DNA from: Chlorokybus atmophyticus
Taxonomy: Eukaryota; Plantae; Mesostigma and Chlorokybus algae
Assembly: GCA_009103225.1 (NCBI GenBank)
Contig: RHPI01000140.1
Location: 124,001 to 188,000 of the forward strand
Length of the DNA: 64,000 bases
Reading direction: 5' to 3'
In this document: one piece after another, positions 1-13,410 of the stretch
How the letters are laid out: each line of letters begins with the position of its first letter
How positions within the stretch are numbered: position 1 is the stretch's first letter
Notes under the pieces: generated by a model
Told to the model about the DNA's origin: nothing
What the model saw: the letters and a program-made list of their open reading frames with translations, nothing else
Database searches by the model: none
Program-made: the position numbers and the translations under genes

Positions 1-419
1 GCATAGTACTGCAGCACCATCACTTGTTGTTCAGTGCACATGGAGTGAAGCACGCGTTGATGGACTTGCAGCGCAGTATACTGTCCATTGCTATAATTGT
101 GTCAGTGGAACAGCGTGGTGTTTTCACTTTCTATTGCATGCTTTCGGTGCATTGCCACTCGTCCTCCCTATTTGAATATAATTAACACCTGGCTTCGTTC
201 TTTCTATGCATTGCCTGCATGAGCGCTGGTAGTATAGCACACATACATTGCCTGCAAGAGCAGTGTACATGAAAGTGCATGTATTACTCTGCACTTGCGC
301 AACCACTGCATGTATCGAATTATTGCTGTACGCTTGACACGTTGAAGTTGTTCTTGTTGTTGTCGTTGTCTTTCTCATCAATGCGATCGTACAATTGACA
401 ACATGACGCAACTTCCCAG

Positions 420-3400
420 GTCATGGAGTCCCTCAATCTGGTCGCTGCAGCTGAAAGACTCAAGGCTCTTAAACCCAAGTAAGAACACTCAACACCCTCA
501 TATCTTTACCTCATCATCATCATATTTATCATGATCGTCATCTTGAATATTACCATCAGGCCACAGCAAACCAAGGCTCAAACCAAGCGGCCTGCTCCTT
601 CGGCCGAGCCGTTGCGCCGCTCACTTCGCACGCGCAACATTGCTCCTCCGGATGGCGCCGATGGGTCCGCTGCCGCCCATGACACCGTGCTTGCCGCAGC
701 GGAGGTAGCAGTGGGTGTGCGCGCATGTTGGCTTTTGGGCGTGTGCGTGTGCATGCTTGACTGCGCGCGCGTTCATGCGTGCATTTTTGGTACGCCATTG
801 TAACGTATGGTGTGGTAAGTTATGGTGATATTGAGCTGTGTTGCTCGCTGCAAATCACTACAGGACAGTACAGTGTGCGGGCCACAGTAGACTACGTACC
901 AGACTGCACACTGCGTCATGCAAACTACAGTGCAGTGCCATGACATTGATTCACTAAGCCGCATGCCAACATGGTGCCACTCAGGACCCGCGCGAGAAGA
1001 GGTTGGAGGGCCCCGTGTCGTTGACTTTAACCGTCAATGATCTTTGGGACGACACCAGTTTAACCAGATTTGTAGCTGAGTTGCCCTCAAGGGTGGGTGA
1101 TCATAGTCAACGTCATGATGGGAATAATGACAAAAGTAGTGATTGGGATATAAGCGCGGTAGAGCTGCGGGGTTGGGGTGGCGACGACAATGCGCAGTAT
1201 TTGTCCCAACATAAAAGCTTCAAATGGGAGGATGTTGGTGTTAGGAAGGTTGTGCCAGAAAGGATATATTCCCTCACGCTTCACCCGTCTGCCGAGAAGG
1301 TATGTTGTTGAGGCGAGTTATGCATTGTCTGCAACCCCCACTCAGTTTGTACCACCAAACCTTGACGACAATTGTCGCTTGTCATACTGTTGTTTACAGA
1401 GTCTCTACATGAGTCATGTATCGTAAAACTGCACAACATAGGGGAACACATTATACGTGTGTGTGCAATGTTGCACATGGGCATATCAAGCATGGGTGTC
1501 TGCCTGTGTAGATGTATTATGTAAGTGCATGTGCTGATGCATTTATGCCAGGTCTTGGCGGTGGCTGGGGACAAGTGGGGCCGCATAGGCTTCTTTGATA
1601 TCTCGTTAGCAACGCATGGTGGCGATACGGACGTGGTGTTGACGCTTAAACCACATTCACAGCCCGTCACGCAGATGACACATTCCAGAGACGGTATAAG
1701 AGAAAGTATTGTTTTGTGGTTGTATCTTTCGTATGTAAAACGACTTGTGTTCATGGACATAGAGTCATGGTGTGTGTTATTGTGTCTGATGCATGGCGAT
1801 TGACAGTGTATGCATGCCTTCTGTCAAGTACTCAAACCACAATGCCAGCTTCATGACAAAGCAGTACTGGTAACTGACAGTGCGTGTGCAGGCTCGAAGT
1901 TATATAGTGTGAGTTATGATGGAACCGTGCGCTGTCTGGACTACAAACAGCCGGTGTTTCATGAAGTCCGCGTCATGGAGGAATGGCTCACGTACGCATG
2001 TTCACAAGCACATACACATGCACATCATGCCAACAACAGCCATTCAATGTGTCGTCATCTCATGTTGTGATGCACAGGTCTGTGGCGCTGCGTGAGGAGG
2101 GCTCGAATGACACCCTTTATGTGGGTGCCAATAATGGCGACTTGCACATAATAGACGTACGGGAAGGCGGTCATACTGGTGCTTCTGCCCACACACATGA
2201 TCTTCATGATCGCAAACTCACCTCCATCAGCCTCCATCCTGTTGACCAGCATCTCATGTGCACATCATCAAACGACGGCTCAGCCTGCATGTAAGGAAAA
2301 TGCAACGTATAGGTGTGCATGCGTGTGTGTACGTGCGCTCATGTGTGCGTGTGTGCGCATGTCTGTGTGAAGGTGACTGTGCGTAAGCACACACAGGTCT
2401 GTATGTGAGGGCATGTCTAGCCTTGTACACACACAACGTAAGTTTTTTGCATACATATGCAGTTCCATGGCACATCACGCGCGTATGGTGTGTGTTGTCT
2501 GTGGTTGCCTGATATACAGGTTGTCTGTGTGCGCTGTATACTGCCAGTTGGGACCTGAGGAAGCTCACTCGCGGGCAAGTGCTGCAGAGGTTGGAGCACA
2601 GTAAAGCTGTAACTTCGGGCGTTTTCTCATGCGGGTCGGGTAACAAGATTGTATCGGTCTGCTATGACAACACGGTACCCGCTGACTATTTTGCAGTTGT
2701 AGCCTTGATGACCAACTCACTGATTTGCATACCTCCATGCCTCACAGTCGTTATGCATCATGCAAGTGGTCTATCAGCAGTCAATAACCCATTGGTTGAT
2801 GGTTTCAACATTTCAAGTGACGCGTGTACTATTTGGCTTGTTTTCAGAATTGCTACTTTGCTGGTGTTGCTCTTGGTGGTTAATAACTCGATGGTCACAA
2901 ACCACAAAAGCACCATTTTGGTGTTTTGTGAACATCCATCGTGTTTGTCACAATAGATCTCAATTTGTCAGCTCCTAACTCATGTCTCTCTCTTTTAGGT
3001 AAGGTTATGGTCCGCATCTCCTGACACAAACAGCCACCACGAGTACAAGCAAACGGCATTGGTGCGCCACAACAACAACACAGGGCGGTATGTCACGCCG
3101 TTCAGGGCTCAGTGGGACCCACGGAGCAGAGACGAGAGCTCTCGCCTCGTGCTTGGCAACATGGACCGATCCGTGGACGTCATCAGCGGGGATGGCAAAA
3201 AGATTGCCTCACTTACGAGCCCAAGGTAAGGCTTTGTGTGCTTGATTGTGAATGCTTCTGGCATATTGTTGCTGTACGGTTTTAGAAACGCTATATCCCT
3301 GATGCATATGTGTTTATTGAGTGGTCTGAGTCTTTTGCATGGCAGCTTGCTTATGAAAACTTGCCGGGTGTTTTTGCTTAGCAGACAATGTAGTGGAAGG

Positions 3401-3566
3401 TCTGTTTTTGCTATTGTGGACAGGCTTGTTCAGACTCGCGCTTGCTTGAAGCATGTGCGCCCTTTGTGACAGGTTGACAGCAATACCTGCAGTCAACGCG
3501 TTCCACCCGACACTGCCACTTCTGGTATCCGGCAGTGCTAGCGGATATGTGTATGTGTGGAGTTGA
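420..3566 (+). CDS. WDR76: WD40 protein WDR76/CMR1 homolog (DNA-damage binding); about 9 exons, 5' end probably upstream of the window
   Basis: Spliced exons read VMESLNL..., KVVPERIYSLTLHPS, VLAVAGDKWGRIGFFD, LYSVSYDGTVRCLD, HDRKLTSISLHP...MCTSSNDGSAC, WDLRKL, RHNNNTGRYVTPFRAQWDP, LTAIPAVNAFHP...VSGSASGYVYVWS* (TGA 3564-3566). These motifs are typical of WDR76/Cmr1. Confidence 0.85.
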
Positions 3567-4327
3567 CACATTGGTGCATTCTGTACAATAGCAGTAGTTG
3601 ACATGTTGTGAGGGTAGGTGGGAACAATTACGAGTTTCTAGTCATCCAGTCATTGAGTTGCAGTCTGTTGTCTGTTGGCTGGCCTTACACGACTAGTTGG
3701 CTGATATAGAAGATACAGATATTGTTTGATGAATCAGCATGTGAACGGGCTCTTCGTCTAGTCAACTGTGCATTGCACTTTTAGTGCTATGTACATGCGA
3801 TGTGTTGTCACCTTAACATGGAGCACCATGCAAGTTCCACCGTATCATGCTTATATTGCCTTACCTACCTCACCCTAACTTGCCTATCGCTCCCCTTTTG
3901 CCCCCTGACTACCTCAACCATCCTTTAAACCATCCTTGTGTACAAAAAAGGCAAAGTGCAACTTTTACATGCAAATCTACATGCACATGCCATGCAACAA
4001 CCACATTACAATCACTCACCAATTGACCACCGGGCTAAGGCATGCGCTTGAGTTCACTCATTGGTTGATCTAGTTCGCGTGTGCAAAATTAACACAACGA
4101 CCATATGGCACTTAAAGAATGGCCCTGAATAACTCCAAACACAACCAAGACATATACTACATTACGATCAACTCTACCATTGCATTACCCTACAGAAGCT
4201 GCGAGGCGGTGCTGCATAGTGTAGTCGTGTGTGCAAAAATGCAAAAGACCATGCGCCCATGCAAGGACAACACACATACTACCGCATACCGTTTTTGCCT
4301 GGATAGAAGCCCCCATTCTTACATAAG

Positions 4328-4402
<75 letters not shown>
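4328..4402. repeat. poly-C homopolymer (~75 nt) ending at a single-N join
   Basis: Seen directly; N at 4403. Confidence 0.9.
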
Positions 4403-4789
4403 NATGTCGTGCACAGAGTAGAGGCAGACGGTCAGTCGCTGGCTAAAGGATGCATAGTCACTCACCTTGCTATGGTAGCAAGGACGGTGCAGAGCAGTGC
4501 AGTGGAGTGGTGTGTGAATGTGTATGATATGCTCCCCAAACTCCAACTCTCCCAACCGGGTGCGCAGCTGCAACTGTTGTGGCGGCCAAGTAAGGTGTTG
4601 CTGCGGGTCTTGCATTGTCTTGCACTGTCTTAAGAACTGTTATCCACATGCGTTGCAGCCTGCAACGCATGGCCTTCAAGTTGCATGCCATAGATGCGCC
4701 CACATTACTACAGGCCATAACGCAATGTGCAATGAGGTGAGCAGCAACAGACATACAAACGGACAACAAACGAAAACCAGACATGCATG

Positions 4790-6760
4790 AGGGCAAATTA
4801 GCTGCTCACCTCACGTGCTTACCAAAGATTCACTTACCCGTACTTACCCCTCACCCACTGTTGCTTGCAGCATTGGTTGTGGGCGTGCATGCTCTCGCCA
4901 CCTGCATATACAGGTGCAAAGGTTTACATTATGAATACAAGCATGATGCCTTACCATTTTTGCACAGAGCTTGCCCAGCAGATGTCTCCTGCTGTAACCG
5001 TAAGCCGTCATTGCGTGAATGAGCTGTCTCATCTCTTGCAGAAAATGAGCCCTGAACGAGCACAGTCTCACAACCCGAACACATTAACCTACCACCATGT
5101 TGAGATTGATAGATCTGGTGCGCGCAACACGGGTACAGTGGCCAACCGTTGTTCTCTCAGTTTATTGTACACCCGTGTGCAGATGCAATGCTTGGTTGTT
5201 TTAAATATTAACATGTCCAGAAACGGAATGGCAGTGCCTAAAGCAGTGCGGGACAGTGTCAGCATGTGCTGGGAGTAGATGCCCCCTCACGGTGCAAGAT
5301 CTGATATATGCATGAAGTGCTGAAACTTATAGACGGACACCACCAGCAAGTCATCCACAAACCTAAAAATACTCTTTGCCAACTTGAGAAGGAGCGGCCT
5401 ATCCATCAATGGGTGTAGTCGCCTCAACCACCTGTGCTCATGGCAAGAGAGGTCATATTTTACCAGATAGACACCTGCTGGGTTTTCCATTGGGATCCCT
5501 ATGCAATCAATCACTGGCTGTCTGCACGAACAGCTTATAGCATATGAACAGCAAGAGAGTATGCAACAGGTACTCCATAAAACTCCTACGTAGTTGTCAC
5601 TATTGCACTAGTTACCCATCTGTGTGTAACAACTTGTCACACAGGGCCCCACGCCACAACTGTGACGTGCAAAGTAGTAGCCATGCGGTGTCTATGTATG
5701 TAATAAAACATTTCATGCATGACCATGTCAATGTTGGCTACCAAATTAGCGTGTGTCAGAGTTGTGTACAGAGTGGTAAAGTTATAAGTTTCCAGCTGCA
5801 AGAACTCACGCATTTGCTGCTAGGTACGGGTAGTGTTAAGATTTGTCTGCAAACGCTTACACCCTGCGGAGTCCTTCGATACCCAAGAAGCTTCAGCATT
5901 TTTATCATGTACGAGTTTAGCCCATATGTCACTCACAATAGACGCACAGACTTTACACACTCAAATCAACCACATAGAAACATGTGACAATGTGGTATTA
6001 TACGCTGCCGCGATGAAGCGCAGCTTGGGCGGTTGCTTGTGAAGCTTGGCAGTAAGATAGAGCTGAGGTAGTCTCGGGGTGGAGTTATGCAAATGCTGGC
6101 GAAAGTCATTTGTGCTGATGAATTGGGCATGTGCATTCAGCACCGTTGCCATCAACTGTGGCCACAGCTGATTGGTCGGGGTGTCGAACTCTGCAGTCAG
6201 ACATTGTAAGTAATAACGTTTACACATACTGGCAAACGAAGAGGCGGACTGACCCACCCTTTTCACCACAAAGAAATGCATTTCGTTAACGATGGTATAA
6301 TCCATCACGGATATATGCAAGAGTTGTGTGGCTGGTGGTACAGGTGGTGGTGCTGTAGCTGCCTGTGCTTGCAAATCATCAATGAGCGCATGAACCCATG
6401 CACACAGCAAACCAGGTTGGTGGTGGTGCGATTCGTGGGATTCAGTCCGTCTGTAAAGTGCCGTGGTGGTAGCGCGTAGGCATGCTTCAATAGCTGGGCT
6501 GGCCCAGTAGCTGGCAACCATAACTGCCAGCGCCGGCACTGTAAATTTTGATTTGCAATGCAACCTTGCACTAACCACCGATGAATGAACCACGGCATAG
6601 TCACAAATAACAACATGACCACGATCAGCATATGTCAAGCCAGTAAGCGGGGTTGTGTGGCATCCGCAATGCTGCATGGAATATACTTGCTCTGCAGCGC
6701 TGACCCATGTGACCATAGCATGATATGCAACCACATGTGCTTGTTATACAACAAGCTGTT
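4790..6760 (-). mobile_element. Degenerate Penelope-like retroelement reverse transcriptase, Naiad/Chlamys type
   Basis: Minus-strand motifs in order: CxC linker (CGC...YADRGHV), VVKRVGQSASSFASMCKRYY (like VPADKA.NN...CK.YY), LYLTAKLHKQPPKLRFIAA, WVSKDS, TYNFTTLYTTLTH (like TYDFSTLYT.LPH), CIGIPM, RFVDDLL, PFLDMLI, and a thumb region ...AYGYSRRHL. Several stops and frameshifts are present. Confidence 0.8.
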
Positions 6761-7704
6761 ACACAATAACTAAGTTGGATAATGCAACAAGCGGTAGCGA
6801 TCATTCCTTTTATTTAACAGCAAACATTATGAGTTGTGATGCACAAGCTTTTAAGACAAAGCAAAAAATGCATTCTAATGGAAACACATTATATTACCTA
6901 TGGGCACAAGTACTCGATTATTGCGCCTCTTCCACACCATCAATATGCAAAAATCCGGAATTGTGTTGCGAACTTGTATGCAGGCTTACACACGTGATGG
7001 CTACACTATGTATAACCTTACGAAACAAAGCAGTATATGCGCGCATGTTTAATTTATTGGCAACTCACGCGATGACCGTTTATAGCAACCTAAACATAGT
7101 TTACAGGCTAGCCAAAACTTACTATATACTCAAAAAACTATTTCACAACATTACCAGGATTATGCGGACTACTTCACCTCACACCACACTTTCAATGCCC
7201 ACTTACACACAAATGTGCACACAAGTTCACATGAGGTCACATATACAAAAGATGCAAAACACGTATGTTTTTTACTTATCACACGAGATGTTGTACACAT
7301 GGACACCACAATACCACATGACATCAGCACTGCTATCACGGGATGTAAGCGCTCTGCATCATGCCATTGGCAAACACTCAATCGCTTCAATTAAACTCAT
7401 GCACTTCACACTTACACATCGCATTGGTGTCAACACCAATGCAGCCTAGCTACCCAACTCGCCGCAGGGACGTGAGCCGCCAAGCCCCGCAGGCTGACCC
7501 GCCGGTGGCCACTGGCTAACGCGACTTGGGCCAGCGAGCAACACATGTAGTTCTCAGCGTACGCGCCAGCACCTTAAACTGCTACTAACCACCCATCACC
7601 CGTTGCAACCAGCGATGGTTCAAGCAATCACCCTAGATACCACTCCGGCACATTCACAATCTACCTATCTACAGCACAACCTATCAATCTACAACTCCTT
7701 CTCG

Positions 7705-10700
7705 CTACGATTCTGGCAGAGTCGGCAGAGGCCCTGTTACTCGCTTCTCCAAAAGAATAATCTTCTGCACCAACTCAGCCCTGTCTGTGGATAATTTCTT
7801 CATGCCGATGCCGACTTTTCTTGCGACCCCCAGCAGGTATTTTTGCAACGCTTCTGATGACAAGTTGAGCAGGCTTTGCACGCGCTGGTCGCCAGCAGCG
7901 ACCTGTTTAAGCTTGTCCAGAGCGGTCTCAGTGCCGCGCTTGAGCGTGCCTTTGTCCGTGCTGATGTCCCGCTTAGGGGCAGCAGCTGCAGGTGTTGTTG
8001 TTATAGCGGCGATGGTTGGCGCCCTCCGCGCCGTCTTGCGACGGTGATACACAGGGGCTCTTGCGCCAGCTGGACGCGTCCGTTTGTGCTGGGTGGAAGC
8101 ATTGGATATGGCCTGCAAAGGAGAGTCATAAATCTGCAGGCACAAGGCGCCCGCTTGTGCAACCCACAACTGCTATCACATCACAATGACACGGGTTGTG
8201 GTTCCCTCCTGTCCCTTCCAAGGTTGGTACAATCAACTGCGAACCTCAGAAGCCACATGCAACACTACCCTATATCACATGGTAAAGTGGCGAAAATGAC
8301 TCTACCAGACCAGTATGGCATGACTGTGCTGATGTCATAGCATGCAGCAGTCGCGTGCATTCAGAAAGAAACCATGACCAATACCTTCAAGCCCTCCAAG
8401 TTCACAGGCCGCTGTCCAGGTAAGCGTCTGAGCTGGAACTTGTACTCTATCCTGCCGAACTCATTTGTCGCCTGTGTTGGCAAGTCGACTTCATACAGCC
8501 CATGATAGACATATAACTTAGCAGTTGGCCTTGAGGGATCTTCATATCCTCTTATTACCCTGTTTAAACAAGAAGGGATGTCAGCTCATGCACAAGTAAG
8601 CATGGGCCAGAGAACGCTCCAGAAATGTATATTAAGCAAGAGAGGAGGAGTGAACACTGTTGCATGCAATTTGCTAAGGCATGCAAGCGGGTACCTGACA
8701 GGATTCTTTTGCATAGCAGCGCGCTTGAGGGCCAAGTTGCCGCGGTTCATGCTCTGATCCGCATCAACACCGCCGCCTTCCCCAACATACTCAAGGAGAT
8801 CATCCTCAAGTTCCCGATTGCTGTACTCACCTATGCAAGCCAAGGTCATGGTCAGCACACCGAGGCATTGGCCAGGACTCAATCACCATTACACCAATAC
8901 GTTTGATCCCCCCCCCCGCCAACACACAAACAGCGCGGAGCTGCGTGGATATATATGTTGACATGCATGGAGTGCGCGACACATGTTGCTCTACACGTCA
9001 ACAGCGCTACTCACCAGACATCACCAAAGCTGTCGCTACTGACACATCGGCCACCAGTGCTGAGCCAATGCCAGCACGGAAAGAGTTGTGTAGACCTGCA
9101 CATGGACGCAACACATGAACAATGACGCGCGTAAGTGGGCAATGCCCCATGGGTGTGCTGATTGAAATGCCCAGGTGAGCCTACCTACACAAACTAACTC
9201 CCCTCGATTCTCAAACTGATCTCCAGTATCTACACCTGGTACTGCACCTGAAAAAGGGGGGCATTTGGATGACTCAGTATACTCTCATGCATGCTCAGCT
9301 ATAAACTGTTGCAATCAAACGATGAATTGTACAATCAACACTGCTTGTTTGGCATGCGCGCGCACGCACGCTGTCACAAAAAGAAGCCCTGATCCACACA
9401 CACGCATGCACACAGCCTAACTACATGAAGTCAAAGTCAACAAAAGACCCCCAGCGAGTATGCAGAAGGCTGCGTACCAACAAGATGGGAAGGGTTGGGT
9501 AGCATGCGTTTGTCTTTCATGAACTTGTAAACATAACTGAGCATGACAGGTTTGTTGAAGCGGCTCGCGTCCTGAGGCTTGTCCAAGTTCTGTTTTCTAA
9601 CAGCCTGTTCAAGCTTCGCCACTTTCCAGCGATAATTGTTGAGCGCGCGTACAACTCTCGCCCTTTCGGGAGACACTGTGCTTTCCTCCTGAGCGGCTGC
9701 GCTCGTAGAGGCCACTGGCACTTCCTCTGGACTGTCTTGCACATCTTCTTCTGCCATAATTGCTAGAATACAAGAGAAATGTAGTCCATAAATCAACCAT
9801 ACATGTACTGCCATCAGTACACAAGATAACAACCCTGGCAACATGGCAGTGAATGCAACCTTTCACTCGCATGCAATACTGGGCGCACAACAGGTTGCAA
9901 GCATGACAGGGCGACAGGCGTTGCCACTCTACAAAATCAAAGCATTGCAAACAGCAGGACGGGTCTCATTAGCAAGCAGCAACATGGCACAATTGCATGC
10001 AAGCTGGCAGTAGCAAAGCACTCTCGCCTTGTTAGCAGACTGCCTGTAACTACTGCATGCAAGCGTATGGGCCAGACAACTGCCTAAGATCAACGTGTGC
10101 GCACATGCATCCACTGCCTGAGTTGACAAGCACTGTAAACGTGGGTTAAGACGACAGCTGCTAAAAGCTTGATGGTCATGGTTGCCTGCACTTCGTGTTT
10201 ATTGCAGCCAAAATGCATCTCTGTTTGTTGCAGCCCTTGAATTTGTTGTAGAAACCACTTCGACCCACGACTGTGCCAAACCGCCCAGATGTTTCATACA
10301 AGGCTGTGCTGCCGGACGGCACTTGCCTTACCAGATTGGTTGAATATGCTGTTGTATAAGTTGAAGTCGCAGGTACAACCCAGCACAGCAACAGAATGCC
10401 TATAGGTACTTCACGTGAAAATCTAGTTATTTGGAGTCTATCTACTAACTTGTTGATGCATGATGCAACCCTAGCAGGCATCAACCCCACCAGGTCCAAT
10501 CAAGCAAGCGATCAACAAATGGGGCAAATTCAGCTGCAAAGGCTACCGCTTGTGCAGCAGTGCTCAAACCTACCTTCAGCTGCTTCCTGTGAGACACCTT
10601 CCATGACTGAATCCGCTGTAGACGACGCCGGAGGGCTCCTTGCCTGGTCCGCCTCGTCGCCGTCGCCGACCACGACACTGACAACTTCATCGTCAGTGTC

Positions 10701-10742
10701 GTCCAGCACAATAACTGCAGGGTTGTCCTTGTCGCTCCCCAT
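7705..10742 (-). CDS. SUVH-like SRA/YDG methyl-DNA-binding protein lacking pre-SET/SET, with a C-terminal Rho_N/HeH-like helical motif
   Basis: Phase-consistent exons 10742-10574, 9762-9477, 9247-9185, 9095-9015, 8830-8695, 8559-8385, 8133-7705 give HLVGAVPGVDTGDQFENRGELVCVGLHNSFRAGIG...TALVMSGEY...LEYVGEGG...DQSMNRGNLALKR...PVRVIRG...YVYHGLYEV...YKFQLRRLPGQ, a canonical SRA fold. The start exon is less certain. Confidence 0.8.
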
Positions 10743-12444
10743 AGCTAACCTCACAGCAACACCTTCAAGCACAGCAATCACACCAACTTTGTGGGCAAGC
10801 CCAGATCCTAACGCCCGCACCACCGCCGCCGCCGCCGCCACCGCCACCGCCGCACAGAAGCTTCACGACATTCCCAACGTCGGGCGTCAGAGTGAAAAAT
10901 TCAATCTTCCATCGGACTTCCCGCACATTCCTTACTGACTTCCGCACTCGAAATGACCGCCAACGCACGGAGTGACGATGGCTTCCGTTGGAGAAACCTT
11001 CCCATCAAACTGGCCCATAATCTTTGATCTGTGTATGCCAGCTGTACATTGCTGTTTGATCGAGTAGGTGACGGTGGCGGCGAGCAAGAGGAGGTAGACA
11101 TAGCAGGCAACAGAATTTGCTTGCAGCTTGGAGAGGACGAGTGGTTGATTGCGAGTCGCGGTGAGAGCAAGCAAGCAAGCAGGACATGTGTGTACGGGGT
11201 GCTATGACATACATGCGCAGAATGGGCATGCGCACTCTGTCGCTGCATGCTTAGTATGCATGCACGCAGTCATCAACACATACCCAACATTCTATTACAA
11301 CCGCCAGGCTATATGCCTACGCTAACTCCACTACCCCTAGCCCCCAAAACAACCCGCAGTTGCTGTCATACCACCGCCAGCAGCGTTAGGCTTGCACATG
11401 ACCGCCATGATGACCAGAACGACCAGCAGACTCCCCCCGCCGCCGCTCGCAAACCCTCGACCGCCATGGTGGCCGCCGCCACTGCTGCCGCACTTTAGGG
11501 TTTTGTCAGGTGTCAGACAGCACGCCATGCACGCACATCATGCATATGCTGCAGCACTCCCTCAGCCGCATTGGTCATCTGTTCGGAGACGATGTGAACA
11601 CGGGCAATGTGTACATATGTCCGAGATACATTTGCAAACATGCAGTGAATGCTGAGCACCAATTCAGCATGTTCATTATCATGACACACTTCACTCACCT
11701 CAGTCATATGCTTACACCACCGAGCACATCTGACAGTCCCATACCTCTGGTACATACATCGTACTCACTGCACCACTACTGCCCTACGTCGTCAGTCTTG
11801 CATGCATGCACGCCCCATGGTGTACCTGCACACAAGGCCTGACAGTGACAATAAATGCGATACACAATTGTGTATCGCATTTGCTCATGCACTCCACATG
11901 CAGTCCACAGCAGCATACAGCGCTCACCACTTTGCGCACAACATGTAGACCACTAGGCTATCGTAACCTACCAACTTCACTACGCACAATAATAATAATT
12001 ACCCCGTTAACCATGTCAGTACATGCATCCAGAACCTGCCCATAGGGCCATATGTCAGCTTGCACACAATCAACGTTGGTGATGTTAGGCAGGCCAGCAG
12101 GACGACTCCCTCTCCCTTTCCAGAGAGGGATTCCTCCCTCTCCGCCACCCCCTCTTCTTGTTCTCACAGCTTGGCTGTGTCGTTGCATCCCTTGTTCTCA
12201 CTACATGCGGGCCCTCTGCCCTCCCCCTTCGCCGCCACGATGTCGTTGTCAGTTGTTGCTGCGCTGTGCTGTGCAGGCATGTGTTCAGCGCACTAGCCGG
12301 GTGCATATATCTAAGCGACCCATGCACAATCGTGCGGCTGCACACGCACAAGCATGCTTCTGTGTCAATGCTGTGCTGCTTCGCTACCTTGCTGCTGGTC
12401 AGTTTTGACCACAGGTAACCTTAGTGAGTGTCGTCCTGAGAATG

Positions 12445-13320
12445 CACCATGCCTTTTTCTATACCTTGCTAGGTAGCTACAAACAACCTGACGCAGAATC
12501 ATGCATTGCAGCCGCACATCTCTTGAGAATTGGGCAGCTGATGGTGGTACGAAGGGCAACTACTGCATGTCAGTATAAGGCTTGGCCTTGAGAGCTGGTA
12601 CTAGTCACAAATCTGGTGTGCTAAACCGCTGTCAGCGTCATGGCTTTAACTGCACATATCGGGATGATGCGCTCGAAGCTCCATGTCATCCCCCCATCGA
12701 TAACGCAGCCTTTTGGGGTGCAAGTTGATGCGTACGCAAACCAAGGGAGCTCTGGCCGTTGCTTGGCAGGCAGCTCCTGCTCATCCGGCCAGTGCGCCAA
12801 GGTAATTGCATTCCATGCGTGCAGCCACCAAGCCGTGGGGCGCTTCGGAATTTCGAGACGGGGCCACGGCATGTGTTGCCAACCTGCAGCCGCAGCCATT
12901 TGGGTATTTGGAAAGTAAGCCTGCCTAAGACCATGTTGTGGGTAAACGCATTGATGGAACAGTGCATGTGTACACATGCACAGTTCAGCACAACTGAAAT
13001 AGCTACCAGAAAACACAACACACCTCTCGGATGTTCAACGAATACTTCCAGTGGGCTGGCAAGGGTGCTCACAGGGAACGACAGCTTGCTGCACCACGAG
13101 TAATTGTACTTGAAGTGCCCCTTTGTAAAACACCTACACAGGGGTCAACTCGTTGGCTTACATACCGCACACTCACCAACACAGACTGTGCAGCCGCACT
13201 CACGTGGTAAAAACAGGCAAGCCATCATCAGGATGCGTCACTCCTTGGCCCAGTTCCCATATGTGCTGAAGTACCTCTGGGTGGTGCACAACAAGAGTTG
13301 GCAAATCCTCACGCACGCAT
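12445..13320. repeat. Copy A of a ~0.87 kb direct segmental duplication
   Basis: Colinear with 16180-17055, with high but imperfect identity by eye, including introns and 3' flank. Confidence 0.9.
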
Positions 13321-13410
13321 GCACTTGCTTGGTCTTTTCTTGGTCGCAGCTCTGTCAGCCCTTTCGGCGCTGGGGCTGTGCTTCGGGACTGCACGGAGAA
13401 CTCCATGGTG
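12621..13410 (-). CDS. Hypothetical multi-exon orphan gene, paralog A (3' exons); frameshifted C-terminus relative to paralog B
   Basis: GT-AG splicing joins EDLPTLVVHHPEVLQHIWELGQGVTHPDDGLPVFT / TCFTKGHFKYNYSWCSKLSFP...EHPR / GWQHMPWP...WFAYASTCTPKGC in frame. No family recognised. Confidence 0.4.

Noticed and set aside
4518-4790. Cys-rich plus-strand ORF as a zinc finger
   Set aside because: The Cys richness comes from TGY-rich composition, with no canonical spacing or splice context.
6775-7449. 224-aa plus-strand ORF
   Set aside because: It has no recognisable motif and lies antisense to the decayed PLE 5' region in C/A-rich sequence where stops are scarce. It is probably fortuitous.
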